64,000 nt of DNA from Tubiluchus corallicola (Eukaryota > Animalia > Priapulida). Where the stretch lies: contig JAQGDQ010000207.1 of the NCBI GenBank assembly GCA_030141605.1, forward strand, positions 294,526 through 358,525. The letters are read 5' to 3'. Positions 14,501 through 44,800 of the stretch are shown here, one piece after another. The translations under genes were made by a program, and so were the position numbers. Within the stretch, counting starts at the first letter, position 1; each line of letters opens with the position of its first letter. Under the pieces are notes generated by a model. It did not search any database and was not told where the DNA came from. It was given only the letters and a program-made list of their open reading frames with translations.

Positions 14501-15910
14501 ATATGTGCAGTGCTAGAATGCATCACGAATGTGTCGCCATAAATGGAAAAATTTATGCCATTGGTGGACAAAATGAAAAAAGAGAGTTAGTAGTAGTTTA
14601 AATACTAATTATTCCGTTAGTAGTAAAACAGATAATTTGTCAAAATCAGTAATATTTTTGTAAAGGGTCTTACTGCAGCACTTGTGTGAATATGAATAGT
14701 AATGCTGGTTATAATATGATGATCGTGATTATTGTGACGACGACGATGATAATGATGAAGATGACGCCAATGCGACGATGATGATGATGAAGATTACGAC
14801 AGATGATGATGGTGATGACGATGACGATGGTCAGTAATGTTCAGAATTTTGTAGGATTTTGACAAGCGTTGAACGTTACGATCCCAGCTTGAATATGTGG
14901 ACTACAGTAGCGCCGCTGAAGCAGCAGCGGCTCGGTTTTGCAGTTGCTGCCTACCATAACAGGATTTTTGTCGTAGGAGGATTGGGCGATCCAGTCCGGA
15001 AATGTGGCGTGCCGGTTTTGTCCATGGTTGAGGTGTATAGTCCTCGAAAAAACAGGTACCTTTGGAGTTATAAATGTTAATAAACAACTCGCTCAAAGTT
15101 CCAGCTGGTTCAAGATAAGTGTATAATCTAAAGTAAGTGATAATGATTCATTTATATACGCAAGAATGAATGAATTCAGATTCAAAACCTCGATCATGAC
15201 CATGTTTATTAATTGACTACGTCTGGTCCGGGGAAGTTTACTCATGTGTTACTGAGTTTCCGGTATTTGTGACTAATTATCACATGACTGTGCCTGGTCA
15301 GTGCGGTTTATTCATGTGTGACTGAACACTTGATGCGTAACAAAACTCAAAAACTCCATGCCTAACTTTGGTCCTCTAAGAATCCGTGTTACTTGCGGAT
15401 TAAAAAGCTTTTTCTACTCTTTCTACTCTTTTGTGCCTTAAAAAATTAATGTTCAAGAATTAGAACTTATGTAGAAAGTAACCCCACCCATAAAGGTGCC
15501 TGTTCATTACAGTTTCAGCAGTCATTGTCCAGAATGAACCATGTGAAAGCTTTTTTCGAACCATCGCACAATCGAAAAAACTTGTGAACTAATAATATGA
15601 AGTCTTATTCTAGGTGGAACATCAGAAACAACCTGGAAGTTCCGAGATGTTACGCTTCCCTATGTGTAGCTAACGACAGTTTATTCTTAATAGGCGGCGC
15701 CACCGCTGTAGCAGCTGAAAACATTAATCTGAAAAACGAACCCTCAGTGGATATCTACTATGAAGACACTGACTCTTGGGAATTCTTGATACCGATGCCA
15801 CATTCTAGAAGACGGTGTTCTGTAGTTAGTGTAGGTTCGTGTCATTTAATGTGTAGCAGTTAGGATATTATGTGAAGCAATGGTGATATTAGTGATACAT
15901 AATAGCGCAA

Positions 15911-15978
<68 letters not shown>

Positions 15979-16531
15979 AATGACAATGATTAAAAATGAC
16001 GTGTAGATGATGAGGAGAGCAATGTCAAGGAAGTTTAGTGTCTTTTAGTCAATGGTTACAACAAGGGTGGCAGCAGCAATGATACTGCTGTACTATTGCT
16101 GCTAAGTATCTTTCTATTAGTAATGTGGTGACAGAGATGGCGACAATAATGCTGAGGGTGATTGTGCCTGAGATAATAAGGATAATGATGCTGATGATGT
16201 TATACTGTGCGCTTGGTGATAATCACAATAAGCACTGTGGGTTTTACACACTGACCAGTAACAGCACTGGTCTTACTCCACTGACCACTTGTCTCATTAG
16301 TGAATTTTTGGTATGATCTCTTTTTTCCCAGAATCCTACATCTATGTTTTTGGAGGCGCCGCATCGGAAAATACTCGTGAATGTGTTGCTGATGTGGACT
16401 GCTTTGATGCAAAACATCACAAGTGGGTGGAAAATAAAGTCCAGATTCCGAGACCTCTTTTTGGGGCGAAAGTGGCTTTGTTGGACGACAGTGATCAACT
16501 AGCACCTTTCCATGCTTTTAGTCGTCAATGA
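8562..16531 (+). CDS. BTB-BACK-Kelch protein (KLHL/scruin-like), paralogue 2, ~705 aa
   Basis: Exons 8562-8648, 10062-10218, 10767-11293, 11808-12010, 12205-12289, 12680-12798, 13951-14075, 14393-14585, 14855-15055, 15614-15834, 16332-16531; total 2118 nt in frame, all GT-AG. Motifs: BTB (FLAHRKLLARRSQYF, FKLLLNYYY), BACK (SEIDVFNAALQWLEYD, CIRF) and six Kelch repeats. The first two exons rest only on splice signals and phase. Confidence 0.9.
13598..13740. repeat. Degenerate (GAT/GAC/AAT)n microsatellite
   Basis: Visible trinucleotide repeat; a similar tract lies at ~14715-14830. Confidence 0.9.
15172..15310 (+). repeat. Dispersed repeat family D (second copy 33141-33302)
   Basis: Shared blocks attcagat.aaa..cga.catgacc..gtttat and gtgactaatt.tca..tgact.tgcctggt..gtgc.gttta. 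Confidence 0.6.
15911..15990. repeat. (GAT)n microsatellite
   Basis: Near-perfect trinucleotide run. Confidence 0.97.
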
Positions 16532-17144
16532 CGTTTGGTTGTGGAGAGTAATTAATATGTACACAGGAAGGCTTGATCGGAAAGGTGCTCTTTTCAAGAC
16601 GAAAATTTGAGGTCATTATTTGGCTTGAAATTCAGCCTCATCGAAACTGCACTGTTATTACATGAGTAAGCAGAAGATGAGATAAACGTGTAAAAATAGT
16701 AAAACATTTAGTTTAAAACGTTTCTTGTGTATATGGGAATATATAACTAATGGAAATAAAACACTGTACATAGATTTGGTCTTTTTGAAGAACGTTCTGT
16801 TAGCTATGGTCACAGTTACATTTACTGCTAAAGCTAAAAGCTCTAAGCTAATTCTGGTACCCACATCCATGGGTAAGTCATGATGCTAGAATCTCATTGG
16901 TAGAACAAATAAGTGAAACACAGTGAATACAAATTATCAACCTATAGAAGAACTAGACAACGACAATTGCAGATTACAATGCTGCATAGAGAGAGGTCAA
17001 AGAAAAAGCACGGAAACTTAAGATAACGCTTTTGCTCATTTAATAAAATTTTGTGCTGTGGTTCGTCGCAGGCAATTCTGGCATTATTTAGCTAGGAAAC
17101 CTAAGGCCGGCAAATCTATTAGCACTAATGGAACCATTTGTATT

Positions 17145-17383
17145 GGCTGGTGTAGTTCAATGGTAGCGTACTCGCTTCCCACCCGGGAAGTCATGGGTTC
17201 TACTCCCGACCGAGTCGTACCAAAAACCTAAAAAATGGTACCGCTGGTTCTTCGACCAAAGCACGTCGACGTCGATTTATCGAAGTAACATGCGGGTAAT
17301 AATAATCAGGACCCCTCTGAAATGAGTATTGAGTTACTTAAGGTGCTGGGCTATGACCGAAACGAATTATTATTATTATTATT

Positions 17384-17442
<59 letters not shown>

Positions 17443-17479
17443 CGTCGTCGTTATTGTTATTATTATTATTATTATTATT
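17145..17479 (+). mobile_element. tRNA-derived SINE (Meta/MESC-core-like) with (TTA/TTG)n tail
   Basis: Pol III box A (TGTAGTTCAATGG) and box B (GGTTCTACTCC), then CGAGTCGTACCAAAAACCTAAAAAATGGTAC, which from memory resembles the MetaSINE core. A simple-repeat tail follows at 17367-17479. Confidence 0.75.
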
Positions 17480-17940
17480 CGAGCGATCTTGAAGAACACG
17501 CTGCATCGCCCTAAATGTGTTAGTGACAGAACACAAAGTATAAAATTATGGAATGCGTAAGAGAAAAATGAGATTCTCTATAGCAAAATTCTATCCCCTA
17601 TCAGCATTGAAGTTTATGTCACACATGCTTGCAAACATGATATATACTCATCCTTGGGAGGAACATTTAAGCATTGGTTTCATTTATGTTTTCGGATTCT
17701 ACTAATTTAACGTAATTTCGAATGTACTTTAAACGGTGCAAATTGAGTACGGCTTTATTATTACAGGCTTTGAATCCAAGCCGAACACTATCTTATTTTC
17801 AAGGTTGAACTTTTTGTTCTCACAATGACGAATAAATCTCCGTGGGTTTCCAGACAAAAGCCCACGCTCTCAAAATTCTGTCAGTTTGGTGCATGTTTTT
17901 GATTCCTGTATAGCACTTTTCAAAACACAGCTACAAGAAA

Positions 17941-17948
17941 TGACGTCA
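17941..17948. promoter_or_regulatory. CRE palindrome TGACGTCA upstream of paralogue 3
   Basis: Perfect CRE followed ~80 bp later by a strong donor G|GTAAGT (18031), compatible with a non-coding first exon splicing to the acceptor at 20540. Confidence 0.4.
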
Positions 17949-20560
17949 CAGTTGGTGAGGTAATCGTGTGCTGCGCATAACGCTTTCGCATTTAACAACA
18001 TTAGGTACGCATCAAGTGTCTGCGGTTGGGGTAAGTTTAACTTATCTTTAGCAATAATTAGCTAGTAATGGTTTTATTTGCATCATTTTAGTAAAGAAAA
18101 ATAACGTACCTATTCAAATAGGAACGGAAAAAGATTTTGGAAAAAAGGATAGCTTACTGACAATTGAGTCTACACTCATAAGCTAACCGTTATACAGTTT
18201 TATTATCATTTAATTACAGGTTGTAATAAAATTGTATGATTTCACAACTACACTTAAAAATTTAGAGAAATGCATTCAATTTCCTGTTCAATATAATGTG
18301 TAACATTGTTAAATATTTTATTAGTTTTTTGTCTCACTACCTAAACATAACGTAACATATTAATAATTGTAGTTGACGTGCGAGGTCTTAATAGTAAAAA
18401 TATGAGGTTATATTTTTCCTATGCATGGATTGTCAATAATAAGGTCGCAAGTCTCAGAAGTTGGAATAATTCTTCTACATTCATGGTGCTGTACAGAACA
18501 ATAATCAATTAGTAAGACTAAAAACGTGCTATGTGCAGGACTGAACAGAATGTTCTCCTATAGTTGTAGTAAAACAACATACAGGAAACAAAAGTGTCAA
18601 CATCTTTTGAAAGATGAAAACGTTATTGTTAAAAAGCCTTGAGGTTCTCTCACAACTTTCAATGTTGTCACTAGAGAGCATGATAAAATGCAGTTATTGA
18701 GAATTTTGAGATTGTCATTGTATCATTCTGCCGCGTGTCTTATATAAATGGTCCTAAAGAGGAAAGTGGTCCCTGCTAATTTAGTGCTAGTTCTAATTGA
18801 CGATTTGCACTTACCACAGCATAGATGGGATCCATGGAAACACAGTACAGAAACGACGAATACTTTATTAAAATTCATTCATTCGGTCATTGGATACCAC
18901 TGTATTGAAAAGTTATTGAAAGTACTTTGGTCGACGACTGTTCGAAATTGGTAGGAAAATCTTGTGAAATGTTTCATGTCAAGAACCCACAATTAACTAA
19001 CTTTTGACAGGAAATGTGAAAAAGCTGGAATACAGCCAGAATTTGAACAAGGCTCGCTGAGACTGGTGAACGTGGCAGTTCACAGTCTTCATAACTGCCA
19101 CCCAAATTCAGTACTTCCAATGTTAGATCACTTGCAATAGAATGATTCACAGTGACGTTAATATGTCTTGAGTAAGATTCGTTGTTTTGTTTTACTTGCT
19201 AAGAAAATCCCAGCATTAGCTAAGTAAGCTCAAAGGATATTAGGATCTCCTGTTGTATATATCCCCTTACTTATATCAGGTTGGCGCAAATATCCGCCGA
19301 AGTTTTGGTAATGATATTATAAGAAGATATTAACGGAGTCTCTCGAAATTGCCGGACTGTTGTTTCATAAGGTAATATATGTCTAAAAACTAACAATTTA
19401 GGTCGTTCCGTTAGATTTTTCCTAAGGTACAGATATTTTCAGAGCTATTAAGCCCATTCATATCATAAAGCTAATCTACTGATATAAAATAGTGCTTAAG
19501 TGGTAAAATGACTTTACATTTTGTCTTTACATTATACATCCATTTTTAAGACTTAAGAGATGTTTAACCCCAGTATTCAACAATTTTTGTATTTTACTCC
19601 TCTACATCAAATGGCTCTATGTGGCCGTCGTTCGCACTCTTTCTCTTCAAAAGAAATGCAGACGCCGTAATTCGGAGCATCAACTTGCTTTTTTTCTTGA
19701 CACCAAATCTTTGTCAGTGCTTTATTTTCTGTGGTGAAAACCATGATAAAAACTGATTGATTTCTTTATTGTTTTACTACCATGTATTGAGTACTTTGCC
19801 CGTCAACGTTGCTGTTTCTCAATTGGTGATTAGCTGACATTGTCTTGACATTTAATTTTCAAACATACGAAAGCATCTGTAACTCAAAAGAGCCACTCAG
19901 GTATACACTTGTAACTTTTCACAGTCAAACGACACCATGTATTTTAATACCAGACTGTGAATTTCAATTTTGTGAGGCACTTTTGCTAATATTATTTTAG
20001 TCTAAATTTCTCTAAAAGTCCGATATGATAGGGGTGCCTGGTAGGGGTGATGAAAGTCAAAGACACTGTTGTGAATCCTGTGCATCCTTTTCATGCAAAC
20101 TATACTTTCATGAGCACTAATCGTAGACTTCATGCCTTATCTTGTAACATAGGATATAGGAACGCATTTGTTCCTAACAGTGTGTTCATATACAATCATC
20201 AGCAATGATTTTTAACATTGTTTTCTTTAAAGTCAGTCCATTTTATTTGGTAGCCTCAATCGTTATGTCGGGTCGGCGCTTGTTTTTCACATGACCGGCT
20301 TGTATCTAAACTGTGTTTTTAGTTATTGTTTTTTGTTGTTGATTTTGTTCTCTTTGCTGTAACAAACCTAACAAAATTCCTGGGGTAAAAAATCTAACAA
20401 ATAATCTTAATCTAAATCTAATAAATAATCTATAAAAAATTGAATCTAAATTTTAAACCATTACGTACATTTCTGCATGCTACACAATGAAATGTTAGAT
20501 TTATAATAATTAAAAATTTTAAGTTGATAATGTTGTTTAGCTGTCTAGGCCTAAAAGGCA

Positions 20561-39383
<18,823 letters not shown>

Positions 39384-39642
39384 TGTACAACCTGTCGATT
39401 TTCCAACAGCATCTGATGTGCAAAACCATATTGTCATGTCCTGCATCTTCGAACAAAAACTGCCAATCAAAGACTTTGTAAAATTGTTATTGTAGAAAAG
39501 TATTAATTTTTGAGTTAAGGGTATAAAATAACCGTTGTAATGTACTTTTCAAATATGAACAGTCTCATCAGTTATCTTACATATGAAAAAATACTGAACA
39601 ACAGTGAAAAAACAAAAGCTAAGAAAGCAGTTGTTAACCATA

Positions 39643-39648
39643 AATAAA
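39643..39648 (+). terminator. Candidate polyadenylation signal, Kelch paralogue 3
   Basis: AATAAA ~260 nt after the stop codon. Confidence 0.45.
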
Positions 39649-40289
39649 ATTTTAACACTTTATTTCTGTTAAAAATCCATAACATTAATGGAAAATTTTC
39701 TTAGCGTCAATTTCAAAACATAAACGTCTATGTCATACCTAATCTTGCTCAAAAAACACTACTACATAACACGTGAATACACTTTCAATCTTAACTCAAT
39801 TTAATAGCAATTAAAAATGCTACACTAAAAGTTGGGAAACATAGTATGCAAAAATATACAAAAACACCTTTTCACTGCACAAATGATACGTGTATATCAA
39901 ATTTACGATAATGGTTTTAAATATTTGGAATGTGTACACCGAGAGACGTAGGTATAAAAATCTAGTAGAAAAATACAATGATAAAATATAACGCATAGCT
40001 ATGAAAAAATACATTTTATGTAATTTAAACACAAAAGTCAATAAGTACGACAATAATACTAAACTATAGTTTGGTTTGCCTCTTTTTGGTACTCAAAATT
40101 TTTGGTCACACTTGCCTAATAATCAGCCTAATTATTCAAAAACATCACAATTTCTAACAATTCTAAACTACAAAAATTTACAAATATTTAAGACTTTTAC
40201 ATTCAAGTTGATCAATATTTTTCATAATTAATACAGATTTTGAAGTAAACATTATGGTACCAGTACTATAAAAGGTTTAATATCGCAAT

Positions 40290-40462
40290 GCTGAAACTAA
40301 GTCTTAAAACACAAAACTCTACAAAAAGCACCATTTACATGACTACAAAAAATCTCCTATTTACCGTTTGCTCACAAAGCTGAACTTAAGTCTTACAATA
40401 CAAAACTCTACAAAAAGCACCATTTACATGACTACGAAAAATCTCTCATTTACCGTTTGCTC
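40290..40462. repeat. 89-bp tandem duplication
   Basis: Two near-identical copies starting at 40290 and 40379. Confidence 0.9.
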
Positions 40463-41823
40463 TTTAGATAAATTAAGAATACCCTGACTAGCAAATTAAC
40501 TATCTGATAATATAGCTCATAAATTTATTACTCACCTACTGCTGTACATAATTACAAGACGCATAGGTGAACGTTTTTATGAAACCTTGAGGCACAAACT
40601 GCACGTAACACAGGACAACTCTAATAAACAATAACTACTACTACTACTATCTAAAATGCAACATTGTCTACAGGCAAGTGAGAAATAGTGTACAATAAAG
40701 CTAAGTTGAAAAAACTGAAATAATTCTGTAACGTACAAGTCAGGTAATCAAATTTATTCGAACGTTCGATTCAAATTGGCATTAAAAATGTTCAATTCGA
40801 TTTAACTACATCTCCAAATTCGAAAAATTTGTGCAATTGTCGCCGCGTCATGTTCGTAAGAAAACCACATTGTTATTACGCATCAGACAATGTTATCATG
40901 GGCCACGATTGCGAACGTCTGAATTTGTTTTTTAAAGGAAAAAAGCGTGAGTGTATCTGATAACCCTTGACAAAATTTCATAATCTGGGGCTCGCTTCAA
41001 AGCTAAAAATTGGCAAAAAACACCTTTAAATTTGGAAATTTTTGAAACTGAATATTTGCAAGTAGTAATGCAAGTTATTGCAATAAAAAAACAAAAGGCT
41101 AGTCAGTTAGCAGTAGGTCCAATTTAAAACTTCACGCTAATTTGAAACTATAAAAATACTACCGTTATTTCAACTTTTAGTCAGTACGATTTGATTTTAT
41201 TCAAACTAGTTAGTAACAGTACAAATTACAAATCCTTGTTAACAATTTCTTACTCAATTGATGCAAAAGTTGATTACCTGATTTGAAAAATTTCGAATTT
41301 GAAATTTTCCATTCGACAGCCAACGTTAGCGACCATATATTGCAATGTTGTGGAGACACACGTGGTATGGCCTGCCCAATATCTGTAACATGCTACAATC
41401 GATGATGAAAAAGCCATTGAATAATAATTGTAACAAAGCTGAGAGACTTTCAAGGTTTCATAACAAAATACATGCGGTTTTAGCTTTGCCAGTCTGATGA
41501 CACCACAAACATGGAATATGTTGACTAGAACTGTCAGTATACTTTCTGGTTTGTTACAATTTTTTGGTGACACAAAAAAATCACTAAGGTAAGTTACCAT
41601 CAGGAAACGAACGCACATTGATCTAAACTTAAGCCTGTAACTACCTGAATAAGAATATAATTTACATGCAGCTAACGATAAAGAAAAAGGCAAACAAAAG
41701 AATTTATATCTAAAATAAAAAAGCACTTAGTACAAACTTAAAAATGGAATATTTCAAATAAAAACACTACAAAAGTTAATTTAGAAATAATTCTTTTACC
41801 AGAACTGGTAAAAGCATAAAATA

Positions 41824-44800
41824 TCAGCAAGTTGTTTCTTTGATGACAAGGTCCTCACATTCAGAAATACTTAATCTACTCCTGTCACTTGATTTATCCG
41901 ACCCATCATTAGCAGCTACATTGCTCTCATCTATTGCTCTCATTCTGCTCTTCAGTTCTAAAAGGCAAGGCAAATCTTCTGGTCTGTATTCATGATGTGC
42001 TGCTGGTATGTGATGAGACAGACCAAGTCTATCGTTTGGATGATAAAATTCAACGTGTGTGGCAGCACTTTCACTCGTGCTCCTTTGTCGCTTAGCGACA
42101 GCACCAGATACGGAGAGCCTGGGCTTTGCTGATGCTTTGTCGCTGTCTGACGCTATTTTCGACCACATCTTTCCCGCTAACGTGTCGCTCAAGGAACGCT
42201 TCAGGCCGCTTTTGCTAGACTGTTTACGTTCCACACTAAGTGAATGTCTTCGAGACTCATCCGATTCACTAGGTGATAAAACTTCAACGACAGTCAGTAC
42301 AACTTCTTCCCCGACAGGTGAACCCCCATCTCCTGATAAAGGAATCCGTATGTTCTCCTGTCGTACAACGTGACCTACCGTCTCCTTTGAGATACTCAGT
42401 TTCTTTTTGATATCCTGTAAAATAATTCATATTTAGCAAATATATATTAAATAGGAATCAGAGACACACAAACAATTAGTATTATGCTCGAGCATTATAT
42501 TGTAGTGGGATGATAGTTAATGCTAGGGGATGGTAGCAGATCGGTTTCAAATGCAGGCAGTTCGGACAACAAGAGATCCTGATTCAATAATGAAAATTCT
42601 GCGTTCATGTATTCCAGCCTGTGTTCTGTAGAAAAGTGAACATTGATACAGATAAATTAATGTTAAAAGACCTGCCAGTAACTTATCTTGCATCTTATTT
42701 ATCCATACCAGTTGGGCTGTAGAACAGGTGCTTATATTGTACATGCATCCATCCACCTACTACCTATTGAATCAACAAGGCTATTCCATATCAGAAATTT
42801 TAAACTGTTATACAATGCTGATATGCAATGGCTTCATAATGGATCGAACCATCACAACATGGAGGTAAGGGGTGAAAATAAATGACTTTTCGCCGTCGAA
42901 ACAATATTATCGGGTGCCACTGCCTCAAGCAACTAAACTCAGCAAGTGAAGATTTCAGATAAGTTAGTGAGTAAGCTTTGAACCTGAATAGATCATAGAG
43001 TACATATCAAGATGTAGAATTTTGCTACTACCAAGCAATGGTTCAAATTTTAAAATTAAGTATAATCCTTAAAAATGTAATAACTTTGGGCTGTTGAATC
43101 ACAATACTACAATTTGGTTGCTGATTTTGAAATAGTAAATCGCCCAAGTAACGACAGCAGCAACATCTTTTCACATGTGAATCAAACAAGATTTCAAATT
43201 CAATTCATCCAAATATTTCCTGAACAAAATTCTTTTGACAAATGCAAATATTGCAGTACCCAAACATGACAAGCAAATCTGCAAAACCTGCACACTGTGA
43301 AAGGTTTTCACTTAGTCAACATGGGTAACATTTCTTTAATGGTAAATTGTAGATTAAATGGTACATTATCATGTACACAGTCAAGTGATTAAGCTAGTAC
43401 CTTCTACAGTCTTGAATTACATATCATCTAATAATTGACTCTCATTTATTATAGATATTTATAACAAATGAACTTAATAACAGGAGCCAACTAAAACATA
43501 AAAAACAATTTTTATTAACTTCCCAACCTTAACTTTATCATTAACATTAGTTCTTCTTTTTATGCAATTATACAAAAGGCAATAGCTGTCAAATTGCGGA
43601 AGTGCCAATGAGTGAGACCACAGCCAAAACAGCTAGGGGGCATGAGGAAGCGATGTAAGCTTTCTCCTGAATTTTAAAGGTTGATAGAGAAGCTTTTGGC
43701 AAGCAAAAGTCAAGGAATTTTTACTTAAACTTGGCTACTTATTGATAATTTAGCAACATTTTGTGTTATAAAAATGAAATATTTAAACTCGTATCTTATC
43801 CTTTAATCAATAATAGCCGTAATTTTTTTCGATGCCAACATGTTTCAATTATTCAATGATGGCTTATTGAATAGCAAAGATGAGATGAATGGCATGCATT
43901 TTCGTGTAATTTCCAAGGCGTGTAAGATCTGTTTAAAAATCGGTAAAACAAGATTCAGGGCCCAAAAGCAGTCCACGATAAAAATGTGAATCACGGTTCA
44001 CAAACAACATAATAGGCTAAAATTGCAGCATCGTCACCAGTGTTGTAAGGTAACAATCGTTCTGTAAAACCTTGTTATGTACATTTATGTTATTATAGTT
44101 CTTAGTGACTGGGGCATGGAGAATAAATGCTTTTCCTCCAAGTAGCCGTTTTGAGTTAGTCACCACAGAAAGTTGAAAGTAAGTAAAAACAAACGTGTTG
44201 CGCGATGTTAAATAAATGAGAAAGCCAATTTTTTCTTAATTATTGACAAAAGCTAAAAATGCGTGAATTCATCACGGTTGTAGATGAGAACATGAATTCA
44301 AGGTCAACTGCAGGAGTCTCACACACAATGTGTGACACACGATAAGTCTGTTAATAATAATAAATTAATTTACATGAATTAAACAATTTCAACAATCTAT
44401 CTAAGAAAACATTACATACCTTTAGTGTGTCGTACGGAGGTGGTATATCAGCACCTGGGCACACTCCAGTTGTCGCCGGTTCTTCTATGCCAGACAGGTT
44501 CCGAGGAAGGTGGACATGAGACTTCACCTGACCAATTGGCCAGTGTCTGTTCGGAACCTGAATAATGGTCACTCGTGTGTCAAGGCAATAAATGATTTTA
44601 AAATGTCACAAAGATGCAAAATTGGGGTTATTTTAGTTATGTTTTTCAATCTACACATATGCACATATCCACTCAGCTATGAAGTGCACCACCTATTCAC
44701 GTTTTCAAAGCGAGTTTCACAATTATTGCATTGCTTTGCCTCAAATAGTTAGTGAAAAAAATCTTATCTGTCACTCCTTATAAAAATGAAATACACACTT

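Noticed and set aside
17145-17216. tRNA gene
   Set aside because: Acceptor and anticodon stems pair poorly, and the sequence runs into a SINE-like body and repeat tail; called as a SINE head.
40740-41281. 12-bp perfect inverted repeat TCAGGTAATCAA ~540 bp apart
   Set aside because: No target-site duplication, and similar TTCGAA-rich sequence continues past the right repeat, so boundaries cannot be supported.
41274-41726. 150-aa minus-strand ORF downstream of the SLC6 stop
   Set aside because: No recognisable motif, composition typical of AT-rich UTR; treated as a chance ORF.
42059-42373. 104-aa plus-strand ORF (also 10999-11316, 11727-12008, 5398-5712 on minus)
   Set aside because: Antisense shadows of genuine coding exons on the opposite strand.
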